Positions 11,873 through 22,525 of a stretch of 64,000 bases of DNA are shown here, in pieces (within the stretch, counting starts at the first letter, position 1; every line of letters begins with the position of its first letter). The notes under the pieces were generated by a model. That model was not told where the DNA came from. It ran no database searches and was given only the letters and a program-made list of their open reading frames with translations. The position numbers and the translations under genes were made by a program. Source of the DNA: an uncultured Chloroflexia bacterium (lineage in GTDB: Bacteria; Chloroflexota; Anaerolineae; Anaerolineales; RBG-16-64-43); assembly GCA_963780865.1 (NCBI GenBank), contig CAWADT010000006.1:20858-84857 (forward strand), written 5' to 3'.

Positions 11873-14790
11873 CTATGCTTCCGCGGATGGCCGGTGCAAG
11901 TGGGAATCGATGTTCTGCACATGGATCGATTTGGGGGCCGCCTGCCAGGACCTTTCCACGAAGGCGCCGTATTGGTTGAGCAGGTGCTCGATTTTGGCCG
12001 GAAAATCCGGTTTGTCCTCTCCGTTGTCGAAGGGCGGATCGAAATGGGTCAGGAGACAGCCGTCGATCCGGCGGGTGGTATAAAGCGGCACCACGACGGC
12101 ATCGGACAGCAGGGCCAACTGCGCAAAGCCCGGTTTGATCAGGTATCGGTGCGCCGCGATATTCACCGGGAGGCCGTCGGCGGCGTCGTATCCGAAATCG
12201 GGAATGATCTGGATTATTCCACCGCGCTGAAGCTCGCGCTGAGCTTCCACCGTGGCGTTGGCGATCAGCGCGGCCTGACTTTTTCTTCGTTCCGGGGCGG
12301 ACCGTTCCTTTTGATCCATTTTCCAGGCATAACCCGCGCTGAGCGTTGGGAAAGGCGCAACATGCATGTAGTGAGACAACGCAGGAGTGGAGAAACGGTG
12401 AGACATGCCGTGATACGTAACCAGGATTAGCCCCTTCCCCTGGCGAAGCGGCGGAGTGACGTTTTCGAGTCCCTCGACGGTGAAAAAATGCTTGAATACA
12501 TCCGATGTGCCCGACGCGATAATTCGGCCTGCGTCGCGGAAAAACGGGGAGGAAGACCGCTGCAGCGCCTTTTCGAAATTTTCTTCGGACCGAAACGGAA
12601 TGCGCGCCTGAAATTTGCGCGACCAAAGAATGCTGCTCAGTAGGTTGATATTCAGCGCCTCGGCCGGGGCGGCGGGGCAACCGCCAAGGCTGTCTACCCA
12701 ATGACGGAAAAGTTTTGCTTCGGCCGGATAAAAATGATCAACCACCCATGGCCGCCGGCACCAAGCCGAGAGCCAGCGCAAGCCTTGAGGGTAGTTGAAA
12801 AACAGGGTCAGGTATTCTGCGGCGAAGCGCAGGAAATAAATTGGCAAGGTGATCGAGCCGAATCCGAACTGCGCGGGGCGATACAGGTATTGCTTCTTAT
12901 AATCCGTCGTTTTCTTCCAGCGGCGGGGTTTCCCGGGATTGACCGCCGAGGGCGGGATTACCGTGATCGGGGATTCTCCGGATGCTGCCTCCCGCCGATC
13001 TCCTGTCCGTTCCTCGCTTTCCCAAAGTTCGCCGAGCCGGGCGATCGTCGGGTCATTATAGAATGCGAACGGGACGATCCGGTGGAAGGATTCCTCGACC
13101 TGCATCACCATGGTCATGGCCAGGAGCGAATCCCCCCCCAAGAGGAAAAAGTCGTCGTTCACCCCGACCCGATCCACCCCGAGGATCTCGGCCCATAGGG
13201 AACACAGCCGGCGCTGGGCGTCGTTGCGGGGTGCTTCCAGTGGCGTGCCGATATCGGGGCGGCCCATGCCCGGTTGAGGCAGCGCCGAACGGGACACCCG
13301 GTTGTTCGACGTCCGCGGAATCGCGTCGAGGAATACATACGTCGTCGGAATCATATGCGGGGGCAGGAGGGCGATCAGTTCCTTGCGCAGCTTGCGCACG
13401 GAAAGCTCCCCGCCGCCGACGCGGACGACGTAGGCCACCAGACGCTGATTTCCCGCCGGGGAAGAGCATTGGCGCGGTGGCGGCATCCGCAACGCCGGGT
13501 ATTTTCAGCAGGGCTGCCTCCACCGCTTCCAGTTGGATGCTGAAGCCCCGCACTTTGACGAGGTTGTCTTTCCGCCCGATATGTTCCAGCAGTCCGCCCG
13601 GCAACAACCGCCCCAAATCGCCGGTCAGGTAGATCCGACGGTCTCCCCCATCCGGGTCCGGAAGGAATTTGGCTTTGGTCAACTCGGGTTTCTGCCAATA
13701 CCCGCCCGCCAGATAGCGGCTGCGGACGGCGATCTGGCCCGGCTGATCGGGCGCGGCCGGTCGGCCATTCTCGTCCAGCAGGAGCAATTCCTTGTCCGGG
13801 ACCATTCGGCCGACGGGAATTTTCTCCCAAGGGATCGGGCCATCGAGGGGAATGCGCATTTCGCTCACCATCTGAGCTTCGGTGGAGGCGTAGCGTTGGG
13901 AAAATTGGGTGCTTTTCGGAAAGAGTTTCCGGAACTGTTCCACGTCCTCGCGCCTCAGTTCCTCGCCGCCGACCAACACCTGACGCAGGCGGGGCAGGGA
14001 GAACCTGGTGGTTACGGATTGATGCCGTAAAAACGCGCAGGAGGGCATGGAGAGAATCGTTATTTCTTCCTCGCGCAGCAATCCCATCAGCGAAGGTAAT
14101 GGGTAGGTTTGGTCCGTGATCGGATAAAGCATTACGCCGCTGAGGATAGCAGCCAATGCCATGGCCAAGCCCACGCCGCTGACGGGGGAAAGCAGGACGA
14201 ACTTGTCATTTTCCGTGAGCCGGTATCGGTCGTGGTTATACCAAGAGGTATGCAAAATCAATTCGTTGGAAATAATTACCCCTTTGGGTTCGCCGGTCGA
14301 GCCGGAAGTGTAAATGAGGGAAGCCGTCGAATCCGGCCGGATGCGAACGGATTCCAAGCCGGCGGTTCGAACTCTTAGGTTCGGATAGATCCATCCAGTC
14401 ACCGGTGGTGCGGGTGAGCTCATCCGCCAGCGGACCGAACGACGGATTCGTGATCACCAAAGGTTTTCGAGCGTCCTCCCAAACGGCGGCCAGTCCATTC
14501 AGCGGAAAACCCGGATTGAATACGACGGTGCTCTTCCCAGCCTTGAGGATTCCCAATGACGCCGTGAGGAGCTCTGTCCCTTCTTCGAGCAGCAGTCCGA
14601 CCGGTTCCTCGACCGGCCCGCGTTTGGCGAGGATCGAGCGCGCCAAATCATCCGAAGCCCGGTTCAATTCGGCATAGGTCAGCGAGGAATGCGGGGTTTT
14701 CACCGCGATCCGGTTGGGAACGGCTGCGGCCACCCGCCGGAAGCGCTGGGCGAGGTTCCCGCGTAGCTCTTCTCGGGGAAAGGGGATCAT
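11873..14790 (-). CDS. adenylation domain - carrier protein - LpxL/HtrB-like acyltransferase fusion; two frame breaks
   Basis: A-domain cores LIYTSGSTGEPKGV, YLTGDLGR and GRKDNLVKVRGFSIQLEAVE. Carrier motif FFLLGGDSLLAM. C-terminal GKGLILVTYHGMSHRF ... LQRGGIIQIIPDFGYD ... GFAQLALLSDAVVVPLYTTR resembles lipid A lauroyl-acyltransferase-type domains. Three ORFs (14236-14790, 13056-14423, 11873-13492) join at about 14340-14400 and 13452-13461. Confidence 0.8.
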
Positions 14791-15818
14791 GGCGCGGCGG
14801 TGCCCAATTTTTTATTTGCGGCATCCACAAACCGCGGGTCCCAGAGGGCGTCCAAGCCGGCGACCTTGTCCAATTTGCCCTTGCCCACCGCCCACTGCTG
14901 AAAATCGATGAGCCCCGACAGGTCGGTGCTCCCATCGTTGTGAATGGCGGGCCAGCAGATTTGTTTGAGGAGATCCGACGGGAGTTTGGTGTACTTTGCA
15001 AGGATTTCAAGGTTGCGGTCGGTTTTTCCCTGATTATATTGGTGGATGGCCTGCAGATAGGCAATGAGGAAGCGGTCACCGATTTCCGGATGGTCTTTGG
15101 TGAAGAGTTTGCCGAAGTCGAGGAAGCCGACGGGCATATTCGGGACAATTTCCTGGTATCCCTTCCAGACCACCATCTTGTTCGTAGCGACCAGGCGGGT
15201 GATCCATGGTTCGGCCGTATTGATGAAATCCACCGAACCATTTTGGGCCGCCGCGATCAAAGCGGTCGGCGGAAGATATTGGGTCTTGACGTCGTTTAAG
15301 GTGAGGCCGACCGTCCCCAGGAGCTTTTCGACGACAAATGCGCTGAAGCTGTTGGGTTCGACGGCGACGCGCATTCCCCGAATTCCGTCCGCCGAAAGCG
15401 TGGGATTCTTGGCCACCCATTCCGGAGTGGCGAGGATTGCCGAGTACGTGCAGCCGGTGGGCTCCAGATACCCTTTGTCGGCGACGATTTTAATGTTCCC
15501 CGTGGTATTGATGGCGTTGAACAATCCAATCGTCGGAGAGTCGCCTGCCGCGTCCAGGGTTCCCGCCTCCAGAACAGGCGTCATCAGGGTGGCGGAGTCG
15601 AAGGTCTGAAATTCCACATCCAGGTTTTGTGCGGTGAAGTACCCTTCATCCTGGGCGATGAATAAAGGCGCGGTGGAAAGAAATGAAGTGGTGCCTACTT
15701 CCACCTTTTGCGGCGCTGCATGTGTGGCGGGTTTGCAGGACGAAAACAGCAAACCAGCGGTTGCGAGTACAAGGAAAGAGGAAAAATGCAATTGATGCGT
15801 GCTTCGGAGGGATGGCAT
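14787..15818 (-). CDS. ABC transporter substrate-binding lipoprotein, NitT/TauT (NMT1/SsuA-like) family
   Basis: 343 aa. Signal peptide with lipobox LLFSSC. Periplasmic-binding pattern of the SsuA/TauA/ThiY type. Its stop overlaps the next gene's start as ATGA. Confidence 0.8.
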   Translation of the reverse strand: MPSLRSTHQLHFSSFLVLATAGLLFSSCKPATHAAPQKVEVGTTSFLSTAPLFIAQDEGYFTAQNLDVEFQTFDSATLMTPVLEAGTLDAAGDSPTIGLFNAINTTGNIKIVADKGYLEPTGCTYSAILATPEWVAKNPTLSADGIRGMRVAVEPNSFSAFVVEKLLGTVGLTLNDVKTQYLPPTALIAAAQNGSVDFINTAEPWITRLVATNKMVVWKGYQEIVPNMPVGFLDFGKLFTKDHPEIGDRFLIAYLQAIHQYNQGKTDRNLEILAKYTKLPSDLLKQICWPAIHNDGSTDLSGLIDFQQWAVGKGKLDKVAGLDALWDPRFVDAANKKLGTAAP

Positions 15819-15864
15819 GGGCTATCTCCTTCTCATAAAAAATAGGGTGGATTCTTCCTGTGCT

Positions 15865-16743
15865 CTAAATCTCGGGAATGGCTTTTCCCGGCAGTTCATA
15901 ATCTTGATCGATTTGCCAGGGGATCAGACGGCGGGAAAGGAATTCCAGCAAAACATGGCTTCCGATCCCGAGCAGAGCCGCCGTCAGCAACGCGACGTAA
16001 AGGATCTCGGTCTGCAGGGTCTGCCACGACGTCCAAATCAGCGCTCCCAATCCAATCTTGGCGTTGATCAGCTCAACGGCGATGGTGAGCATCAGGGATG
16101 ATCCCACGGCCAGCCGCACTCCGGAGAGCACCGATGGCAGGCTGCCCGGAAAGACCACGCGCCGCAGGAGCAGAAACGGCGAAGTTCCGTAGGATCTGGC
16201 GATCTCGATGTAATCCGGGTTGATCTGGCGTACGCCGGCCATCGAGTTGATCAGCAGCGGAAAGAATGCCGCCAGCGCAACGAGCACGATCCGCGAAGAT
16301 TCGCCCAGACCGAAGAGGATCAGGAACAGCGGGAAGAGCGCCAGTTTGGGCAGCGCATAGAGGCCGCTAACCAACGGATCGAGGATCCGCCTGAGGCGGG
16401 GGGATAAACCCAGCGCAATTCCCAGCAGGAGCCCCGCCGCACCCCCCGCCACCAGCCCGAATCCGAACCGGTAAAGGGTTGCCGCCAGATTCACCGCCAA
16501 TTCTCCGTTCCTGATCATCCTCACCAGGGTGACGGCAATCGACGAGGGGGCGGGGAAAAACAGAGTGCTGATCCAACCGGCGCGCGCGGCCAGCTCCCAG
16601 ACCGCGAGCCCCGCCAGCACCAGCAGCAGCGAGGCCCAACGCTCCAGTGCGCCGGGCCGCCAGCCGCGGGCCGCAGCGGTTACCGCCGGTGTTAACCCGC
16701 GTTCGGTTGAACTTCGGCTTCGATCGTCTGCCATATCTTCCAC
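15865..16743 (-). CDS. ABC transporter permease, NitT/TauT family
   Basis: 292 aa, about 6 TM segments, with the EAA-like loop IARSYGTSPFLLLRRVVFPGSLP. Confidence 0.8.
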   Translation of the reverse strand: MEDMADDRSRSSTERGLTPAVTAAARGWRPGALERWASLLLVLAGLAVWELAARAGWISTLFFPAPSSIAVTLVRMIRNGELAVNLAATLYRFGFGLVAGGAAGLLLGIALGLSPRLRRILDPLVSGLYALPKLALFPLFLILFGLGESSRIVLVALAAFFPLLINSMAGVRQINPDYIEIARSYGTSPFLLLRRVVFPGSLPSVLSGVRLAVGSSLMLTIAVELINAKIGLGALIWTSWQTLQTEILYVALLTAALLGIGSHVLLEFLSRRLIPWQIDQDYELPGKAIPEI

Positions 16744-17459
16744 TTAAGTGCCGTCGCTTCCGGTTGAGTGGCTGCACGCAGCGTGCGCGGTCGGGGGAGC
16801 GGCACGCGGTACTCCTCCAGAATCCTCCCCGGACGACGGCTCATCACCAGCACTCGGTCGCCCAGAATGATCGCTTCATCGATGTCGTGGGTGACATACA
16901 CCACGGTTTGTTTTTTCGCCGCCCAGGCTTGCAACAGCTCGGCTTGCAGGAGAAGCCGCATTTGCGCGTCCAATGCGCTGAACGGCTCGTCCATCAGCAG
17001 CACCGAGGCATCGGTGAGGAACGCTCGCCCCAGCGCGGCCCGCTGCCGCATCCCCCCCGAGAGCTCGTGCGGATAGTTTGGGGAAAAAGATTCCAACCCC
17101 ATGGTTTTCAGCCATCGCTCGGCTTCCCGGCGGCGATCGGCAAGGGGAACCCCCTGGGCTTCCAAACCGAAGGCCACGTTGTCGAGGATGGTCATCCAGG
17201 GGAACAAGCCGTGATCCTGAAACACCATCGCGCAGCGCGGAGTGTGCTTCGGCAATGGCCGCTCGAAGTGGATGCTTCCCGAGTTGGGCGATTGGATCCC
17301 GGCGATGAGTTTGAGCAGGGTGGTCTTCCCGCAGCCGCTCGGTCCCACCACGCACAGGAACTCATGGGGCTCAACCCGCAACTCCAGATGGTCCAACGCG
17401 GTCACTCGGCCATTGCTTGAAAAATACGCCTTGGATATATTGGAGCAGGAGAATTCCAT
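16692..17459 (-). CDS. ABC transporter ATP-binding protein, NitT/TauT family
   Basis: Walker A GPSGCGKTT, signature LSGGMRQR, Walker B LLMDEPFSALD. Confidence 0.85.
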   Translation of the reverse strand: MEFSCSNISKAYFSSNGRVTALDHLELRVEPHEFLCVVGPSGCGKTTLLKLIAGIQSPNSGSIHFERPLPKHTPRCAMVFQDHGLFPWMTILDNVAFGLEAQGVPLADRRREAERWLKTMGLESFSPNYPHELSGGMRQRAALGRAFLTDASVLLMDEPFSALDAQMRLLLQAELLQAWAAKKQTVVYVTHDIDEAIILGDRVLVMSRRPGRILEEYRVPLPRPRTLRAATQPEATALKWKIWQTIEAEVQPNAG

Positions 17460-17632
17460 CGCCGACGGGTCCCGGGGATCTCTATTTTCAGCAAGGGGAT
17501 AATTATAGCGCAGGAATCCCGGGTTTAGGTCCGAGATCGCAGTCGTTGTTCAGGCGACTGTCCCATTTTCGCGATTTTCCGTGGGACGAAAATCGGCTCC
17601 GAATGGCGCCCGATTCGAACCGCATGGCCCGT

Positions 17633-18406
17633 TTAGTGGTATCCCAGTTTTTCCATGACGGGGCCGGCGATTTCAAGAACGGCTTGCACCTCGGAGGCCG
17701 AAAGATCCTTGCCAAATTTGCCGATACTCTTGTCGTGGATTCGTTTGGCGTGAAAACCGGCTGGGTCCACCTGTAAGTAATCCGCCAGCCGCTGCAGCTC
17801 GCCGTTGGGGCGCTGGACAAGGTCCTCGTAGCGGAGAAGGAATAGGTCCTCGCGGTATTTTTCCATGGCGTCGATCGCGCGCACCCACTGCCGGGCCGCG
17901 TCCTGGACGGATTGAAACTCCTCCGCCCAGGGCAGCCCCTTCCATTTTGTGCGAACCATCTTCATGAAGGAGCTGATGACATCGCGCGCGTCGCGGTAGA
18001 TGATCACCCGGCGCAGCGCCTGCTGGCCGACGAGCGCGGGCAGGTCGAAGACATAGTGGGGGTATTTATCCCCGACGACGGGCTTATGCATTACACTCCG
18101 CAGCGCCTGCTCCACGTCGGCGAGTGTTACTTTCCCGGATGAAATCCGGCGTAAATGGGAGCGGTACATCTCCAGGAAGATTCCGCTGGCGAGCTTGAAA
18201 TACCATGGCGTCCTGCGGCCGATCCGCCAATAGAAACTGACGTGGCGCCAATCCGTTTCGATCGACCGGTAGTATTCCGTATACGGCGAATCAAGGTTCC
18301 GGAAGCATTTAAACTCGCCGGTGATGCCGATCTGCGGATGGTCGCGGCAGAGTTGAAATAGGAGCGTAGTGCCGGAGCGTGGATGACCGCCGATGATAAA
18401 GGCCAT
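17633..18406 (-). CDS. sulfotransferase (PAPS-dependent type), paralogue 1
   Basis: Start at ATG 18406 (MAFIIGGHPRSGTTLL, a 5'-PSB loop). IIYRDARDVISS (3'-PB). Shares C-terminal HxKSIGK...LGY with the neighbouring gene. Confidence 0.8.
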   Translation of the reverse strand: MAFIIGGHPRSGTTLLFQLCRDHPQIGITGEFKCFRNLDSPYTEYYRSIETDWRHVSFYWRIGRRTPWYFKLASGIFLEMYRSHLRRISSGKVTLADVEQALRSVMHKPVVGDKYPHYVFDLPALVGQQALRRVIIYRDARDVISSFMKMVRTKWKGLPWAEEFQSVQDAARQWVRAIDAMEKYREDLFLLRYEDLVQRPNGELQRLADYLQVDPAGFHAKRIHDKSIGKFGKDLSASEVQAVLEIAGPVMEKLGYH

Positions 18407-18417
18407 GCTGCTCCCGC

Positions 18418-19203
18418 CTAGGAATACCCGAGCCGGGCGAGCGTTTCCCCGGCGATCGATTCCACCGCGGCGAGCGCTTGGGGCTCGAGTCCGGCGCGGT
18501 GTTTCCCGATGCTCTTCTCGTGCAGGATGTGGATTGGAAAATCCGCCGCCTTGACGCCGAGCGCCAGGCCGAGTTCCTCCGCCACGGCCCTGGGTTCGGA
18601 CATCAGCCGTTCGTAGCGCACGGGAATGATCTTCCCCGCGCAGCTTTCCATGAGCTGGATGGATTTCACCCAGCGCATGGCCACTTTCTCCGGCGTGTCG
18701 AAGGCGTGGACGAAGTCCAGGTCTTTCCAAACCGACCGCGCGATGGCCAGCGTGGAGCTGACCACATCGCGCGCGTCGCGGTAAATGACGATGCAGGTTA
18801 GCTTATCGCATCCGGCGAAGTACTTGAGACTCCAAATATAATCGGGGAATTTATCCCCCACCCAGCGCCGATGGGGAAACAAACCGTGGAGGGCGGATTC
18901 CGCGCCGGTAAATCCGATCCGCCACGAACGTGTCCCCTGAATTCGCAGCAAATAGCTTGCGATAAACAGAAGATTCGAGCGAAGCGGGGTCGGTTCATTC
19001 CGGAAAAAGTTGACGCGGCCGCCTTTGCGCGCGATGGCGACGGTTTGGCGAAGAATGTAGGTGGAATAGTACGCCCGCGATCGGCCCAGGTATTTCAGGT
19101 TTGAAAATTCATTAGTGACGGCGATCTCCGGATGGCTGTTGAGGAGACTTCGCAGGATCGTCGTTCCGGAGCGTTGATGCCCGGTCACCAGCAGCAGCGG
19201 CAT
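18418..19203 (-). CDS. sulfotransferase (PAPS-dependent type), paralogue 2
   Basis: Start at ATG 19203 (MPLLLVTGHQRSGTTIL). VIYRDARDVVSS. Tandem paralogue of 17633-18406. Confidence 0.8.
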   Translation of the reverse strand: MPLLLVTGHQRSGTTILRSLLNSHPEIAVTNEFSNLKYLGRSRAYYSTYILRQTVAIARKGGRVNFFRNEPTPLRSNLLFIASYLLRIQGTRSWRIGFTGAESALHGLFPHRRWVGDKFPDYIWSLKYFAGCDKLTCIVIYRDARDVVSSTLAIARSVWKDLDFVHAFDTPEKVAMRWVKSIQLMESCAGKIIPVRYERLMSEPRAVAEELGLALGVKAADFPIHILHEKSIGKHRAGLEPQALAAVESIAGETLARLGYS

Positions 19204-19211
19204 GGTCGAGG

Positions 19212-21071
19212 TTAGCGTTCCTTTCGCAGGGAGTCCATCTGTTTGGATTGCATGGTGTAGAGCGCCGCATACACCCCCTTCTTCCGCATCAATTCCGGAT
19301 GGGAGCCGTCCTCGACGATTTTCCCCTGGTCCATCACGATGATCCGGTCGGCCATGCTCACCGTGGAAAACCGATGGGAGATGATGATCGTTGTCCGGTT
19401 CTTGGCCAGGTCGCGGAAAAGGCAGAAAATCTCGTACTCCGAACGCGGGTCGAGCGACGAGGTCGGCTCGTCCAGGACCACAACCGATCCGTTGCTGGCA
19501 AATGCGCGGGCGATCGCGATCTTCTGCCATTGGCCGCCCGAAAGATCCACCTCGCCGAACATCCTCCCCAGGATGGTTTCATACCCTTGCGGAAGCCGGT
19601 GGATCAGCGGGTCGATCCCGCACATCTTGCCGATGGCCTTCACCGCCTCCGGGTCGTCCATCAGGCGCTTCCAATCGCCGTAGGCGATGTTCTCGTGCAC
19701 GCTGCCCTCGTATTTGCCAAACGGCTGGAAGACGCTGGAATATTGCTGATAGAGGAACTCCTGGGAATATTCGTCGAGCGGATGGTTATCGAGGAGAATC
19801 CGGCCGTGGGTGGGCGCATACAGGCCGGAGAGCAATTTCACCAGCGTGGTTTTTCCGGCGCCGTTTTCACCCACTAGCGCCACCACCTCCCCTTTGCGGA
19901 TGTGCAGCGACACCCCCGAGAGCGCCGGCGCGGCGGTCCCCGGGTAGAAAAAGGTGACATGCTCCATCTTCAGGTCGCCATCGATGGCGGCGGGCCGGTA
20001 GGAGCCCTCGATGGTCAGGACGGGTTCGGTCCGCAGCAGCACGCGGATATGGTGGATGTAGATCGTATCCTCCAGCGCGTTTCCGGCGGTGAGCACCGTC
20101 TGCTCGATATCGCGCCGCAACCGAAGCGCGGCGCTCCCGAAAATCGTCAGGTCGCCGAGGGTCAGCGCGTGGTCGCGGATTTTTGTGACAATTCGCCACA
20201 GCAGATACGTCACCAGGCCGCTGGTGAGGAGGGAATAGATCGTCTGCATGATCAGCGCCGCACGGCGCATCCCCTGGTCCTGTCCGATGAATTCCTTCAG
20301 GAGGTCGTCGAACTTACGTAGCAAAAACGGGCCGAGGCCGAGCAGTTTGATTTCCGGCAGGAAGGATGGTGTGGTCAGACGACCGGTGAAATAGCGCGTC
20401 CAGCGCCGCTTGGTCGTCCGCAATTGTTCCAGTTCCGTTCGGCGGATGACGAGCCGCCATTCGAACCAGAAATATCCCAGCATGATGGGCAGGAAGATCG
20501 GCAGGATGATCGGGTCGATTTGGAATAAGAGGGCTGCCAGGATGGCGCTCTCCAGGATGATCGATCCCAGATTGATGATGTTGGAGAGAAAGTTGGCGAA
20601 GGTGCCCCCGGCGTTTTGCTGGGCGATGCTGAGAGTATCCTGGAATTGCAGATCTTCCAATTGCGCTAGGTCCAGTCGGGAAGTGTGTTCCAGCACGTCC
20701 ACGGTGATGTTCCGGCTGATCGTATCCTGGAAATACAGGTTCACGTAATTTTCCACCAGGGAAATCAATGCGTCCATCAGCGCCGCGCCCAGGCCGACCA
20801 GCAGCCACAAGTAGATCCGGTTGTCGTTGGCGGAGTGTCCGTTAACGGCCGCGGCGACCGCGTTGACCAGCCCGCGGGTGGAGACGGCCAGCAGGGCCGG
20901 GATGCTGCTGGAGGCGGCCGCCAGCGCGATCATCGCGATCACATGGAAGGGCTTATGGGAGAAGGAATATTTAAGCGTCCATGCACCCTCGCTAAAGAGG
21001 GTGCTGAGATTGGAACGCAAACCTTTTTGAAGCAGGTTGATTCTAAGCTGGGAGGAAGTGCGATAATTCAT
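19212..21071 (-). CDS. ABC exporter, fused permease/ATPase half-transporter (MsbA-like)
   Basis: 619 aa. Six-TM N-terminal domain, GENGAGKTT, LSGGQWQKIAIARAF, VVLDEPTSSLD. Its ATG overlaps the upstream stop as ATGA. Confidence 0.85.
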   Translation of the reverse strand: MNYRTSSQLRINLLQKGLRSNLSTLFSEGAWTLKYSFSHKPFHVIAMIALAAASSSIPALLAVSTRGLVNAVAAAVNGHSANDNRIYLWLLVGLGAALMDALISLVENYVNLYFQDTISRNITVDVLEHTSRLDLAQLEDLQFQDTLSIAQQNAGGTFANFLSNIINLGSIILESAILAALLFQIDPIILPIFLPIMLGYFWFEWRLVIRRTELEQLRTTKRRWTRYFTGRLTTPSFLPEIKLLGLGPFLLRKFDDLLKEFIGQDQGMRRAALIMQTIYSLLTSGLVTYLLWRIVTKIRDHALTLGDLTIFGSAALRLRRDIEQTVLTAGNALEDTIYIHHIRVLLRTEPVLTIEGSYRPAAIDGDLKMEHVTFFYPGTAAPALSGVSLHIRKGEVVALVGENGAGKTTLVKLLSGLYAPTHGRILLDNHPLDEYSQEFLYQQYSSVFQPFGKYEGSVHENIAYGDWKRLMDDPEAVKAIGKMCGIDPLIHRLPQGYETILGRMFGEVDLSGGQWQKIAIARAFASNGSVVVLDEPTSSLDPRSEYEIFCLFRDLAKNRTTIIISHRFSTVSMADRIIVMDQGKIVEDGSHPELMRKKGVYAALYTMQSKQMDSLRKER

Positions 21072-22525
21072 AGGATTCTTTTCTTGGCCACGGCAATTCT
21101 ATTCTGTTTTCTCGACTTTGGGGAAAGGAAATATTCTACCGCCGCCCGCACAAACCGGCTCCAGGTGGGTAACGCTCGGATCGATGCCCCGTTGCGAATG
21201 GCGCGGGACACGGCGACCGCCGCCGATCGCACATCTTTCCGGAAAACCGATTGCGCGAAAACTGTCAAATAGAGGGTCGTGACTTCCCCCCGATCGGAAT
21301 GGGGTACCACCCCGGTATTGAGGAGATCGCGCCAGATTGCATCGATGCTCGCGATGGGGGTACCACCTGATGCCCCGATCAGCGCCGATTGCAAGCTTTT
21401 GACGATCTCCCGCGTGCTCAAACCGGAGGAGAGCGCCCTCATCTTCCCCGGGTCCGGTGTGCGACCCCGTTGGTATTCCCACCATAGTAAATGCAGCCAA
21501 TCCAGAATCTTCCGGACCCGCTCCGGATACGGATTCCCCGGCAGTGGAATCCGGCAAAGGATTTCCCCCAGCGATGCGGTTTTTTCCCAGGCAACTCCGT
21601 ATTCCAGCGCCTGGTGAATCAGTTGACTTTGCCATACGAGGGGTATCTGGTCCGGAGATTGCTCGGCGAAGGGGATGGTTCCCTCTAAAAGGGCTGCCAT
21701 TCGCGCGTGGTCGCCGTTGCGCCACAAATCGAACGCCAGCCAGAGCAGGGTGTAGTAGCGCACTGACGGTTCCCATTCCCGCACGCCGGCGGAAAGGGTG
21801 GGCATCGCGAAGAAGCTGTCGACCGCAGCCATCAGATCGCCGGCTTGGCGCTGGCTGTCGCGCGTGATATTGGTGGCGTGCTGCCGGTAGCAGACGGTGG
21901 GTTCCCGAAGCCAGCGCATCCGGCACCCGGCGGCGGCCAGCCGGAACATCATCTCCACATCGTCGGTCTGGAACAGGCGCGGGTTGAACGCTCCGGCTTT
22001 CCGCAGCCAGTCCGAGCGCACGAGGAGGCCGCCCAGGAAAACGGGCTTCCACATCAGCCAGGTTTTCAAGTCGAGAATCGGGGCAATCTTCCAAGGTTGG
22101 ACAATTTGGAGCAGGTTTCCGCGCTCGTCGACCGTCTGCCAGCCGCTGTGAACGGCGCCCAGCTGCGGATGGGCGGCAAGTAGTTGCGCCTGCGCTCTTA
22201 ATTTCCCCGGTAGAAAAAAATCGTCGGAATCCAAAAACGCAATAAACCTTCCGCGGGCTTTCGCGATCCCCGCGTTGCGGGCGGCCGCAGGCCCTCGCCG
22301 ATCCTGACGCAGGTAATGAATGTTGGGAGCGGTGAAGGCCGCCATCAGCGAGGGCGTTGTATCGGTCGAGCCGTCGTCGACGACGATCAACTCCCAGTTC
22401 GGATAATCCTGCGCCCGCACGCTGTCGACGGCTTGCCGGATAAATTCGGCATGGTTGTGCGTCGGCATGATCACGCTGATGGAGGGGGGATCCGGAACCG
22501 GCGATGATTTGGAGAAGAAGGTCAT
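21068..22525 (-). CDS. family 2 glycosyltransferase with a roughly 250-aa C-terminal domain of unknown function
   Basis: ISVIMPTHNHAEFIRQAVDSVRAQDYPNWELIVVDDGSTD and FLDSDD. Start set at ATG 22525, which overlaps the upstream TGA as ATGA. Confidence 0.8.
   Translation of the reverse strand: MTFFSKSSPVPDPPSISVIMPTHNHAEFIRQAVDSVRAQDYPNWELIVVDDGSTDTTPSLMAAFTAPNIHYLRQDRRGPAAARNAGIAKARGRFIAFLDSDDFFLPGKLRAQAQLLAAHPQLGAVHSGWQTVDERGNLLQIVQPWKIAPILDLKTWLMWKPVFLGGLLVRSDWLRKAGAFNPRLFQTDDVEMMFRLAAAGCRMRWLREPTVCYRQHATNITRDSQRQAGDLMAAVDSFFAMPTLSAGVREWEPSVRYYTLLWLAFDLWRNGDHARMAALLEGTIPFAEQSPDQIPLVWQSQLIHQALEYGVAWEKTASLGEILCRIPLPGNPYPERVRKILDWLHLLWWEYQRGRTPDPGKMRALSSGLSTREIVKSLQSALIGASGGTPIASIDAIWRDLLNTGVVPHSDRGEVTTLYLTVFAQSVFRKDVRSAAVAVSRAIRNGASIRALPTWSRFVRAAVEYFLSPKSRKQNRIAVAKKRIL

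Noticed and set aside
14787-17459. Naming the importer ssuABC/tauABC (sulfonate or taurine uptake).
   Set aside because: Only the family-level NitT/TauT pattern is recognisable by eye. Substrate cannot be inferred, so no gene symbols are given.
17590-17625. tRNA-like T-arm; ggttcgaatcg is present on the minus strand.
   Set aside because: The flanking bases do not pair into a T-stem, and no acceptor or anticodon arms can be drawn.
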